Made by a program: the position numbers and the translations under genes. From NCBI RefSeq assembly GCF_009914755.1, contig NC_060930.1: DNA of 64,000 nt. One strand, 5' to 3'. Shown here piece by piece: positions 18,205 to 31,076 of this stretch (position 1 is its first letter; each line of letters begins with the position of its first letter). The DNA comes from the human T2T-CHM13v2.0 reference genome, Homo sapiens. Below the pieces are notes generated by a model. It was not told where the DNA came from and made no database searches. It saw only the letters and a list, made by a program, of their open reading frames with translations.

Positions 18205-18238
18205 AAGTAACTGCAATAATTTTTGCACCAGCCTAATA
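18205..18238. mobile_element. MADE1 (Hsmar1 MITE) partial
   Basis: attaaaagtaa...gcaataatttttgcaccagcctaata resembles the MADE1 terminal inverted repeat. Confidence 0.5.
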
Positions 18239-18634
18239 GAAATGAAAAGGAGGACGTGTGTAATTCAGTGGGCAGGCCCCAGTGGCATATGCCTCCAAAG
18301 TTGGCAATGTGGAATGCAAACACTCACTCAACAATACAAACCAACATTGGGGTTTGAAATGGAGAAAAATGAGCTAAAATAAGTGAAATTGCTATAATGG
18401 GCAGTTTTTCTATTAAGCAACATTGACCATTGACCTTCAGAAAACACCGAGAGCCAATATAAGAAAATGGCAAAAATTTTATAGGGTTAGGGAGAGAGCT
18501 GGTGCACGTGGAGAGATACTGTTTCAGGTTTCTTAAGGAGAACTCAGGAAGGGAAGAAGACTAGGAGAAACTAAGATTCATTGAGCATTTGTCTGTTACA
18601 TGTCGATTTACTATAGTGGGAAAGCTAAGAATTA

Positions 18635-18840
18635 ATAATAACTTCACTAAATGCACCCAACTCAGTGTTAAACTCTTTATAGGTAGTCTAAGTGAATCTC
18701 TCTAACAACTAAATGACATAACTACTATTGTTGACATTTTATAGATGAGAATATTGAAGACTAAAGACTTAAGGAACTTGTCATTGACATACAGCACGGA
18801 AGGGGAAGAGTTGGGACTTTAACTCAGGTCTTAGTTACTC
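18635..18840 (-). mobile_element. MIR
   Basis: cattttatagatgagaatattgaagac...gggactttaactcaggtct. Confidence 0.7.
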
Positions 18841-19280
18841 TTTCACTTACCCAAAACTGAGACCAAGGGTATAAAACTTCATTTTACAAAAACATCAAAT
18901 AATATGATTACAAAAACTTTGATTTATCAGTCAGTGTCACCGGTTGATTAAAAGAGAAAAGGAGCAAGAGGGAGAGAGAGCAGAAAGAGTGAAAAATACA
19001 AACATTGGTTAGTAGTCTCCACTTTACAACTCTTGTCTCACCCTGCAGTTCTCCAAGGTCATTCCAAGAGAGCAGTGTAAATTATCACCTGTTTAATCTG
19101 TCCTGTAAAAGGATTTGTAGTCCTTTCTGAATCAGAAAGCAGCTCATTTTCCTTTTTAAACTTCAAATTGCAATTTTAAAATGAAGTTTGATTTTTTCCT
19201 AGAAATTCTGAAAATGTTGCATGGATAGAAAGAGTGATATAAATTTGACATTTTGCTTTACAAAAAAACCTGTAAATTTA

Positions 19281-19450
19281 TAATGGTTCTTGACCCAGGT
19301 CTCACATCAGAATCACCTGACACACCAATGCACAGGACCCCACTCCAGATCAATGAAATCTGAATCTGTGTAGGACAGGCACAGGTACCAGCATATTCTT
19401 ATAAATAGCTCCTCCCTCAGGTTTCTAATGTGCAGCTAAGTTTGAGTACA
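19281..19450. mobile_element. MER5A-like hAT-Charlie MITE
   Basis: tggttctt...catcagaatcacctg...caggtttctaatgtgcagctaagtttgag. Confidence 0.75.
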
Positions 19451-20099
19451 AAATTTGGAACCAAAGTTATGGTTTACAGTTAATTTATTTAACTAGTATC
19501 CTGCAAATCCATATGACACTGAAAAGCCATCTGATGGCCTCATCTTTGTCTTTGAAAACTTGGAATTGCCTAAATCCTTCTGCGCCTAATTGTCTTGTTC
19601 AAGAGGAGACTAACTTCTTCCAGTTCTTGTACTTAGCCTAAAGAAATGAAATGGAGCACTAGATCTCAATTCAAATTCCCTGTTGTGGGTGTAGCTAACA
19701 CTGGACCCAGGAAAGAAGTGGGAGTGGGGAGGCCCTGCCAAGAGAGGCCAGGAGATGATTTCTCTGCCAAGAGAGGCCAGGCGACGATTTCTCAGCTGTT
19801 TGGTTTTTACACTAGTGCCTTTGGAAAAAGCTTAGGAAGGAGAAACACGTATGTGTCATTTCTGCAGCAACATAATATCCAGAACTTTTCAAGTTTCCAA
19901 AGCTAAGTCAAAGGACTGGAAAGCCTTCCACTTACAGTTTATCAGGGAAGGAAAAATATATAAATCTGGAAAGATTTAACATCATTTAATTGTACAAATG
20001 ATCTGAGGCCTTGCTTTCTTCTTCTCTTGTATTCCCAAGCACCTACATTGCAGGTGGTTTATGAGCAATGTCTGGATGTGATGGGATTAGGTAACAATC

Positions 20100-20260
20100 A
20101 GATGACTCCAGTTCAAGTCCAGGATCAGGTGCTAGGAACTGTGTGACCAGAGGCAAGGTATTGACCACAATGACCTAGAGAATGGTGAGAGGTAATACAA
20201 GTCCTACCTATCTCTGGATGCCAAGTCAAAGAAGAGATAACACATATGAAAGCATTATAT
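20100..20260 (+). mobile_element. MIR fragment
   Basis: gttcaagtcc...ctgtgtgaccagaggcaag...gagataacacatatgaaagcat. Confidence 0.5.
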
Positions 20261-20822
20261 ACAGAAGTCTGGTGTATGTAAATTGTCTTCATTATTTTTT
20301 CATTTGTATTACACGGGTTTTAGAACCCTGCTTCTAGAGAGGAATGAGGCTAAACCTCTTGCTAACCTCAGACTAATTGGAACCAACCTTCCACAGCTTC
20401 CCATCGGCCTGCTTCCATGTGCTATGGAGCCTCAGAATTGCTTTCTCCGCCACCAGCCCAGTGGAATGGCTAAAATAAAGCACAGTCAGTCCTATCTTCC
20501 ACTTGGAACATTGGATTAATTCAGCATTCACAATTATTGGGAAACACCATGTTCTTAATGATGGGAGCCCCTGACTCTGTATTCATCAACATCATAATTT
20601 TTTTTTAAAGAAACTCTGTTTCTCTTTTGCATTCTGCAGGCAGACACAGGAGACCTTCAGCAGCCCTGCAGACCCTTTCATTATCATTGCATATTGCTAA
20701 GCCTTTGAGGAATACATTTGTAGCTACTAAAGAAAAATTGCAGAATTGAGAAAGTAAGAGAGAAATTATACTTTTGACTGAATGAATCAAATGTTAAATG
20801 ATTCTGACCAAAGCAAGCTATC

Positions 20823-21130
20823 TTCTGCACTGTCCAATGTGATACCCACCTGTGGTTACTGAGCTTTTGAAAAGTGGCTAGTCCAAATTGAGATGTGCTG
20901 TATATCTAATTTCCAAGAGCTATTCCAAAAATGAAGAACATAAAATATCTCAATAATTTTATATTGATTACATGTTGAAGTAGCAATATTTTGAATTATT
21001 AGATTAAATAAAATATATAATCAACTACTTTTACCTTTTTAAAAACTTTAGTTTTTTTTTAATATGTGCAATTTAACTGGAAAATTTAGAATTACATACA
21101 TGGCTTACATTGTATTTCAGTTGTTCAGGG
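20823..21130. mobile_element. MER33-like hAT-Charlie element
   Basis: ctgcactgtccaat...gtggctagtccaaattgagatgtgctgta...aaatatctcaataattttatattgattacatgttgaa. Confidence 0.8.
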
Positions 21131-21280
21131 GTGATTTCTATCTTGTTTTACCTTTGGGAAAACTGTTGATAATTTTCTAGTTGCTTCTACAGTGTTCACA
21201 TGGTTAGAGCTTGCAACATAAGGAACACAACCACAAACAGGTACCACTAAATAAGAAAGTCCACATTAAATTGCCACTGG

Positions 21281-21417
21281 TTCTCTCTCTCTCTCTCTCT
21301 CTCTGTCTCGTCTCTCTCTCTCTCTCTCTATATATATACATGCATAAAATCAGTAGATAATATATAAAGCAGGTAACTTGAATGCAAATATCTTCCATTA
21401 GTTTCCCTGGAAACACA

Positions 21418-21496
<79 letters not shown>

Positions 21497-21503
21497 CACA
21501 CAC

Positions 21504-21534
<31 letters not shown>

Positions 21535-21603
21535 TATATATATATACACACTATATATATATATACACACTATATATATATATATACACACTATATATAT
21601 ATA
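21281..21603. repeat. Compound (CT)n/(TA)n/(CA)n microsatellites in two blocks
   Basis: Directly visible at 21281-21340 and 21416-21603. Confidence 0.95.
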
Positions 21604-21643
21604 ATTAGTAGATAATATATAAAGCTGGTAACTTGGATGCAAA

Positions 21644-21870
21644 TGTCTTACATTAGTTTCCCCAGAAACAGATCCTGAGACAGAGATTCAGTTCTATGTG
21701 ATTCAATGTGGAAACATTCTCAAGAAACTCTTTTGTAAGAAAGGGAGTGAGGCAGGATGGGGAAGGGGATGAAGCCAAATAAGGATTGGCCAGATTGTGG
21801 GGAGAGTGAGCTTTGAAATTTAAATCTCACTGCAAAGTTGTCCCACCTTGAGGCCAGGAAGCAGGCAGCA
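21644..21870 (-). mobile_element. ERVL-class LTR fragment (LTR33-like)
   Basis: tgtctta...ccccagaaacagatcctgagacagagattc...ggggaaggggatgaagcc. Confidence 0.6.
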
Positions 21871-21879
21871 CTTGAACAG

Positions 21880-22325
21880 CTGAAGATACAGCAATAAATC
21901 AAACAGACAAGTATCCCTATTCCCACAGGGCTTACATTCTTTTGGGGGAGACAAGATAAACAAATATATAATATGTAAAGAAATAACACATGTTATGAAA
22001 AAACAAGCAAGAGAGGCTAGGGATTAGATGGGGAGGGAGAATTGTTTTGGTTAAAGTGATCAGGAAAGACCTCTCTGAATAAGTGATTGATCTGTAAATA
22101 GAGACCTGAATGAAGTACGGAATTGAGTCATGCAGGTATCTGGAGAGAAAGTATTTCTATGGAACACCAGAGGCAAAAATTCTGATCCAGAAGCACATTT
22201 GACCTATCCAAGGAAGGAGAGTGAAATCTGTGGGGCAGGAATGTGGGCAAAGGTAACAAGCTAGCAGGGAATCTGACCATGTAGGCTTACAGGTTATTGG
22301 AAGAACTTGGGGTTTTATTGTGAAA
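21880..22325 (-). mobile_element. L2 fragment
   Basis: gatacagcaataaatcaaacagacaag...gcttacattct...gagacctgaatgaag. Confidence 0.75.
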
Positions 22326-22339
22326 ACTGTCTTATAGGT

Positions 22340-22760
22340 CCCACCTCCCTGACATAGCAATTAGTGTAGGGCTGGCCTCAACCCTAACTGAACCGATCAT
22401 AGCCACCCAGTATCACTGGTCACATTAGAACCAATGGTGAGCACCTAACTGGGCTGTGCCAGAGCTCTCCCCTGAAATGTTTCCCATTAGAACTAAGAGA
22501 AGAGGAAGAGTTCTTCTTATGTGGCAACACTGTAAAAATATGAGCTGTCACCTTTTGCAGAATAGAACCCAAATGGTGAAGAGATGCAAAATGAGTGGTA
22601 GAGAAAGACAGTGTCATTTGTGGGGAAATACTAGATTCCAGTCTCTCAGGCAGCTCCGTCCACCCATGCCCTCTCCTCAGTTTTGCCAAATATACCAATA
22701 TTTAGTCTGAATTAATTAGATCTGGGTTCCAAGACTTAGAAGTCAGGATTTTTCTAATTC
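22340..22760 (+). mobile_element. Old MaLR LTR (MLT1J/K-like)
   Basis: Degenerate MLT1-type motifs (tggtcacatt, gagctgtcacc, ctagattccagtc). Confidence 0.45.
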
Positions 22761-22859
22761 ATAATGCTCCTCCAAACCTAAACCTTGTCCTCACTGGAGA
22801 AAAAAAATAGCCACCTGTTTATGACATCTATTTATAGTATGTATCTTTTTTTTTCTTAT

Positions 22860-24054
22860 TACTGTCATCAAGCAACCTCCTAATCACTCCTTTTCATTCC
22901 TGGAAAACTGGCATCTAGTTCAAAGTAGATTTCCCAGTCCCAACCCCGACATCATTGTGAATGTGTCCTTGTGACAGTTCCCTGACCCTGGCCTCACACT
23001 TCCTCGGATTCTTCAGTTCATACTACCTCTATCTCCACCTTACTTGAATTAACCATTTGCGTGGCCAGACCCTGCAACGTATTATCCCCCAGTTTTCCAC
23101 ATCAGAAATCTTAAACTCCAGCACTTCAAACTCAATCTTATCTTTCCAAAAGGATATATAAGTCTGGATCTGCTGCTACCACACAGAAGCACCTGTTTAC
23201 AAATTAAAGCAACTCAGAGGGAAGCGGAGGCTGAAGATTTCTGGGGACACTGTTTGATGGCTAACCATGTAGGCCAACACATATACTTTTGTTTTTCTTA
23301 ATCCTTGGTTGGCTTTTTGTTATTTGCAACTGTAAGAGTCACTGCAAATGATTAATTCAAGGCCAGTTGCCTCTTATTTCTCTGAGCAATTATTACATAT
23401 ATGTTTTACTTCACATCAATATACACTGACTATTCTCCATTTTGCTCTAACTTTTTAATATTTCAAGCCAGTTCATATTTCTAATTGCTGACAACCACAT
23501 TGACTACTACTTCTTGAAAAAATTAAAGCACATACACTCACACATACATACATTTGCATACATCTTAAAATTTTATCTCCTTCCTCTCCTTTGGTTTCAG
23601 AGAAAAGGTTCTTTCTCCTATCTGCCAAAACTCTACCTAATGCTGACCCAGTCCTCCACCTTGTTCCTACCATTTTTTCCCTGAGAAATCCCATCTCAAC
23701 CCTAACTCTTCAAACATTTCATTCTCTAAGTAGGCTCACTTTCCTCAGCCTAAAAGCATGCTCGTATCACTACCACCCAGAAAGGCTCCCTCCCTTTATG
23801 CTGTGCCCTCCCCTCAGCTCTCCTTCATCTCTATAAGTATAGATTTGGTCTATAAACCTTCACAATTGGGCTTACCCACCTCTCACCTATAAGTACCTAG
23901 CTATAAGCTGGTGACTGACAAATTGTTATCCAGCCTGATCTCTCCCCACAGCTTCGGAATCGTAAGTCGAATATCTCCTTACATCTCCGTTTACATGTAG
24001 GAGTTAGTATGTCTATAACTGAGATTATCATCTTTCTTTCTTTCCAAACCTACT
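22860..24054 (+). mobile_element. Degenerate L2 fragments
   Basis: Pyrimidine-rich L2-like motifs, e.g. atccagcctgatctctccccacagctt. Confidence 0.4.
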
Positions 24055-24471
24055 TGTAGTAGGCCATTCTTGCATTGCTATAAAGAAATACCTGAGACTG
24101 GGTAATTCATTTAAAAAAGAGGCTCAATTATCTCAGGGTTCAGCAGGCTATACAAGAAGCATGATGCTGGCATCTGGTCGGCTTCTGGGGAGGCCTCAGG
24201 AAACTTACAATCATGTCGGAAGGTGAAGTGGGAGCAGGCACTGTCACATGACCATAGCAGGAGCAAGACAGAGAGCCAGGGAGGAGATGCCACACACTTT
24301 AAACAACCAGATCTTGTGAGACATGAGGATGGCATCAAGGGGATGGTGCTAAACCATTCATGAGAGATCCACCCCCACGATCCAATCACCTCCCACCAGG
24401 CCCCACCTCCAACACTGGGAATTGCAATTTGACATAAGTTTTGGGTGGAAACACAGATCGAAACCATACCA
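24055..24471 (-). mobile_element. MSTB-like MaLR solo LTR
   Basis: tgtagtaggccattcttgcattgctataaagaaatacctgagactgg...cacagatcgaaaccatacca; 5-bp TSD ctact/ctgct. Confidence 0.9.
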
Positions 24472-27400
24472 CTGCTCTTTATCCTATATTCCAAGCCTAA
24501 CTTACTATCACTGCTATCCATTTACTCACCTAAGTTAGCCAATCTGTCATCATCCACTCCTACTAAATTACTTTCTAAATATTTCTCAGATCTGTGCCTG
24601 CCTGCCCACCTCAGCACCTGGACCACTGCAGTACGCATCTAAACCAGGCCTCCCTGGGATCCATCCTCCACTGCTGCAACAATCTCCTATCCAAAATGCA
24701 ACCACTACCATGTCCTCTCTGCCAGCAATTTGTCAATATTTTAAAAAATCTAACTGAAATTCAACAAATGCTTCTAGCATTTTGAGTTTCATAACTAATA
24801 GAGACATGAGTCATTCTCAAACAAAACAGAAATATTTTTCTTAGGGCCAGTGTGAACTGCCCATGGCACCTTTACCCTCCATTAGAACACCATCAGAGAT
24901 TGACTTTGTCCAGCTTTTGTCCATCAAAGGCTGACAGTGTTTTTGTTCCTTTCAAATTTCAATTATTTGTCTATTTCTCCATAAAGTTTAATAAACATCC
25001 ATTTAGAAATGGAGGAATGGGTTGATATGAAATATTTGAGGAGTGTGGGAAGAGGGTCCAGTATGCTTGGTCTTAGCCAAATAGAGATTTCCATGAAAAC
25101 TCCCAAAATGCTTCAAAAGATTCCATAAAAAAGATTGAAAAGGCTCTGCAAACTTCAAAATATTGTTTAAAATGTTTTGATGAGTTACGTGTAAATGAAC
25201 ATACAGATTAAATTTCCATCTAAGTCCACATGCTCTTAAAACATTGAGGGGAAACGGTTTTGCCAAACACGCTCTGGGTTTTTTTTTTTAACTCAAAGCA
25301 ATTTGCAATATTCAACAAACCTAAATGTGGCAGGGCTCACTCATCCCTTCACCCATCTTCTTCCTAATTCAAAGCATAGTCACTAACCAGCAAATATGAG
25401 GAAGAAAGAAAAATGTATGCAGAGGTTTAAAATAAATGGAGCCTGATTTTCTTGCTCACTTAAAGGAGGGGATGACTGTCTTAGAGCTATCGAAGTTAGT
25501 TTCTTTTCCTGCATTTTATTTGGTTTAATCAACAAATATATTTTTGGGCACCTACTATATGCCAAGCATCAAAAAGGAGTCTAAGAGATATGAACTTCCT
25601 CTTGACTTTCCTAGGACATAGAAAAAAGAATTTTGCAAGCTTAAATACAGCACCACTACCTGGAAAACAGTGTCAATAAGCTCTGTTGACTTCCCTAAAT
25701 GTAGCACTATCTGGCTCAGAAATCCAACTTACCAGCAAACAGCCTGGTGACAAAACTAAAAGAAGCTTAATTTGAGCTTTTCCAGATTTAAAAAAGAAGT
25801 TGCCAGCTCCCCTCATTGACCATGCTGGTCAAAATTCCCTGTTACCCAAGGTCTTGGTCCCAAAGCTGTATGAGATTCTACCTGATTCCTATGGTACAAT
25901 GAATTCATACGGTACTGGCTGCTACTAATTAACACTTTAAAAGTGTCTGAGCCTGTTCATATGTTCCTAATGAGAAATCAAATGTTATCATCTCACTGTC
26001 CCCTCAAGGCAGACTCAAGAAAGGGAGGAGGACAGTTGAGTGACTATGCTTAAAATCTTCAAAAGAGAAAGAGAAAAGATTACAGGATACAGAGCCTTTT
26101 GATTTTAGGCATTCTGAAAGCAAGGACCTCATATTCTATTTCTTTTTCATGCTACCTAAAATGCCTAATTCAAAGAAACACTCTCCATCAAGTCACAAAA
26201 CCTCTTAACATGAAAATCAAGCTTAAGGGACAGAAGGACAGGGGTTGTAGGGGAGATGGAGGGTAAGAGGGTGAGGGCGGGTCCCAGAGGGAGGAGGATT
26301 CCTTGGTGACAAACTACAACCTTTTTATCTTCTGCTCCTGGTTAATACTTCTAGTCATTTTTGGTGAGATGAAAAATGAGGACATTCACCACTTAAGTGA
26401 CAATACACACTCAACTCCAAATCTCTAACATATTCCCTGGACAGATTGAAAACAAACATGACAAGAGAATGAGTGAAAGGAAAGGGACTGTACTCCAGAA
26501 GTAAAAAAGCTTTTCCATGTGGGTCGTTGCTATCAGTTCTTTCTTCAGAAACTGTCGCACGGCGATTGAGTTACATAAGATATTGTGGGAATGAATTGTT
26601 ATGCTGGGAGCAGCCTCGTGTTAGAGAAACTCTCTTCCCTAGATCAAGGGTCGCAAAACTAAACCAGAAGAAAAAGGCACACACAAAAAATCTCCTCTGG
26701 AATGTGGAAGTTTTTTTATTTCCATACTGAGTGGTGTTGCATCTTTGCCACATATTCTGAGGTCATACACTGAATTCTCAATTTTTGACCTGCTTCTGAG
26801 TTTCACAGAACAAAGACTCACCAAATCAGATTTTCCCAGTACATAAATTACATTCAGGGAATACATCAGGCACCTCTGGAAGCAGCACTGACATTTTTAG
26901 GCCACCAGGACAACTATAACTGAATTACTTCTTCCATGGAATAAGTAGACTCTTGTCTTGATCTGGGAGAGTGAATTCAGTTTCTTAAAGGGCCAAATCT
27001 AGTATTTTTTGAATAAACTGAAAGACTAGGGGTTTAACAGAAGGCAGGTCACAAGCCAGAGGGACACACCTGGGATTATCACAAGTGCACGAGGCATCAA
27101 GGGAGGACGGTCTGGTGGCCAGAGAGTGCAATAAAGACCTGTAGCAGAGGGTCAGTGGCTTCACTGATGAGTACACCCCAAAGGCCAAAATCCTGTATTT
27201 TTTCTCATGCTCATTTACTTCTGAAAACTCAGTGGTCTTGGGTGGAAAGAGGGGGAGATGACCAACCAGGCAGGTACCAAAAAGCTTCAGCCTCATGTGG
27301 CAAGACTACAACCTGGGCTAAACAGTGTAAAGAGACTGCAGGGCTGTGGGCCGAGGGGTTAGAAGCTGTCTCTTTCCCTATCTGTGCCTCACCTTGATCA

Positions 27401-28149
27401 CAGGAATGTCGTGTGGTTAATTTGCTGGCTGAATAAAGATGATTAAATACCATTACTTGCACTTGGCTAGATATTAAACAAATCAAGAAAGAATTATTGT
27501 GTAAGTATACATTTAATTACTTATGAAGTTTCCAGAGAAAAATTTTAATTTCACTAATGCTTGCAAACCAATGAACATCAAAAATCTTAAAAATAAAAAA
27601 GAATACAAGAAGCAAGGATACATTAAAGGATCAAATTAAATTTTCGCATAGGAGTTACATATTTTAAGTGCTTAATATAGTCTAGAAATTATTTTAGGCA
27701 TTTTATATTTTAAAAATCTTATTTGCCTTTGACCTGGAAATACATATTCCAGAATAATAAAACTTGACAATATCTAAAGAACATTTAGCCTAATCCCTTC
27801 ATTTTTATCAGTTGGTTTCCTATTATGCTATATTTGTAAATATTTTAACTTGAAGAATATTTTTAAAAAGGGACATTCATGATTCTGCAACTTAACTACC
27901 TCCTTGGAAAATTATGTAAAGTAAGATTTAAAAGCACTACTCTCCCACTCCATCAGTGAGAAGCAGTCTGAAGACTTCCCATTCGACTTTTTTCTATGTT
28001 TATCAAGTTATTTCTACATTGAAAGAGAAACAGAGAGAGAAGGAGGGAGAGACTTTTAAAAATCATGTTCTACATTTTGATTCAGATGGTGCTTTTTCAA
28101 TTTATAATAAACTACTGACATTATTCAAGAAAAGCAAACATAGAGACTC

Positions 28150-28290
28150 TTAATTCTTTTTCATGGTTGCGTAGTACTTTATTGTATTATGAACCATAAT
28201 CTGTCTAATTTTTCCTCTATTGATAGATAGTTAAGTTCTTTTCTATCTTTTTCCATCACAACCTAAACTAAAATGAATAATCTTACATAC
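28150..28290 (-). mobile_element. L1ME-like fragment
   Basis: ttctttttcatggttgcgtagtactttattgt...cctctattgatagatagttaag. Confidence 0.5.
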
Positions 28291-28309
28291 GCATATATGT
28301 AAATTATAT

Positions 28310-28341
<32 letters not shown>

Positions 28342-28719
28342 CAATTTTTCTGGGCTCTGGTTTAGACTTGTAAAGAAAGATTCCAGATTAAAGATTTCTC
28401 ATTTTACATACAAAGGAACTGATGCCCTCAACATGGGTCTACAGAGATTAGCTTGATGTAAACCAGAAGGCTCAGTGACCCTCAGAATGGGGAAAGAAAA
28501 GTGAATAGAGGAAATGTCAAGTGAGGAATTAGAAGTCAAAGGCTCAAGTTTCACTCTGAAAGTTAGGAACCTGCTTGGGGTGATATGTATCACTATTAAA
28601 CCCTCACTACACAAAAGGGACTCTGAATGAGGTGAAGAGATTGATTGGAGGCCCCAAATGTAGTAGAAGATCAGCCACAAAGAAAGTCGGGACCCCAGAC
28701 CTGGTGCTTAATTGCAGCC

Positions 28720-29109
28720 TGCTGTGGTTTAAATGTATGTGTCCCTACACAATGTATATGTTGAAACCTAATTGCCAAGGTGATGGTATACTAGAAGATG
28801 GAGATTTGGACAGCTCACGAGGACTCTGCGCTTGTGAATGGGATTAACGCTTTTATAAAAGAAGCTTCAGGAAGCTGCCTTGCCCTTTTGTCCCTTTTGC
28901 CATGTGAGGACACAGTGTTTGTCCCCTCCTGAGGGCACAGAAACAAGGCACCATCTTGGAAGCAGACAGCAGCCTCACCAGACACCAAATCTGCCAGCTC
29001 TTTCACCTTGGACTTCCTAACTTCCAGAACTGTGAGAAATAAATTTCTATTATTTATTAATTACCCAATTTAAGGTATTTTGTTATAGCAGCCTACATGG
29101 ACTAAGACA
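28720..29109 (+). mobile_element. MSTD/MLT1A-like MaLR solo LTR
   Basis: tgctgtggtttaaatg...gccatgtgaggacacag...ccagaactgtgagaaataaatttc...ttgttatagcagcc...ggactaagaca. Confidence 0.9.
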
Positions 29110-30358
29110 TAGTCCTTGAGGATAGAGGAGTGGGGCAGGACTGGAATTCAGACAAGAAACAGGAAAAAGAGAACATCACCACAGGGCGAGTAAGAAGAGG
29201 CCATGTCTCACAGCAGCTGGTGAAGGCCACAGGCAAGAACACTCTCGGAGGGGTTTCCTGTTATTGCCTATTCTGTGACCCCTCTCCTCTGTCCCCAAAG
29301 CTTCAGTGAAAGCTGCTGCATGACAAACCCTTGTAGCAGCAATAACTTGGGGGAATAAAGGAAATAAAGCAAGAGAGGGATTGTCCCAAGTTTCAAGAGT
29401 GGCAAAGGCAGCAGAGGCCCAGGGTGAAGTGGGCAGATGAAGGCAAGAGCGGAAGCAAGCTGGGGCCTGGAGTGACCTGGAGCAGAAAAGACGCAGACCA
29501 TCCTATCCACATGAGCTAGAGGAAGGTGGCCTTGAAGAAGGAGGAGGAGTTCACGCCCTTAGTTTACGTAAATAGGGGCTGTCCATGAGCAGCCACATGG
29601 GTCACAAATGGATAGCCCTATCATCTTAATTTTTTTTCATTTCAGCAAATGTACCAGAAACACATTCACCTCAAAGCCCAATAGCAGCTTGAAGAGGAAT
29701 TTTTTTTTTTTTTTTTTTTTTGGTCATTCATTCCTTGCCACACAGATCTTAAACTTTAATTTCCAAATCTGTATGCTGGCTGCAACAATTTCCTTCTAGT
29801 ACTTCCCACTTCCACCTGCCCCTCACCCATGCTCAGTCTGCCACGCAGCCTGCCTCCCACTGGCCCCAAGCCACAGCTAGACTGCTGTCATTGTTGACTG
29901 CCAGTCTGGCCAAATGGTCCTAGCAGCAGCATATACCTACTTGGCACAGAGAAGGAGAAAACAAGGACTTATGTTTTCCCTCTACTGGATCTCTCTTTTC
30001 TTTTTCTCCTCTCCTTCTCTCTCTCTCTCTCTTTCTCTTTTCTCTCTGCAGTTCTTTGCATATTATAAGTCACAAATCAAAACAGATGTCTCTCTACATC
30101 CTCCAATACCTCTCTAGGCACATGTCACTCAGGAAAATATTGCCCATCAGACTCTGATGTCGTGAAAAGACAGAGAAATAAACTGTAGTGAATTCTCCAG
30201 GGAAGATCATGTCTGAAACTGATTCTTGCAGTTAATCCTTCCATATGTCCTTGATCACAATGTCCCAATAAGTAGTCACACTATTTCTGTTCAGCCAGAG
30301 TACCCTGTGACACATTAACTCTACCTCCACCCCCGACCTCGAAAAAGTTTAATTTTCT

Positions 30359-30716
30359 TTTCATCAATAATTTTTTATTTTTAATTTATGTGGGCTCCTA
30401 GTAGGTGTACATATTTATGGGTTATGTGAGATATTTTGCTACAGGCATACAATGTGTAATAATCACATCAAGGTAAATGGGGTCTCCATCACCTGAAGCG
30501 TTTATCCTTTGTGTTACAAACAACCCAATTATAATCTTTTAGTTATTGTTAAAATGTATAATTACTTTTGACTATCATCACACTGTTTTGCTAACAAATA
30601 CTAGGTCTAATTCATTCTTTACATTTCTTGTACCCCTTAAAAAGTCACACTATTGTGCTAGCAAACACTAGCTAGCACTAGGTCTTATTCATCCTTTCTA
30701 TTTTTTGTACCACTTT
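30359..30716 (-). mobile_element. L1MA2-like 3' end with a ~67-bp internal tandem duplication
   Basis: gtaggtgtacatatttatgggt...aatcacatcaaggtaaatgggg...caaatactaggtct. Confidence 0.85.
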
Positions 30717-30733
30717 AAAATGTCTGATTTTCT

Positions 30734-31076
<343 letters not shown>

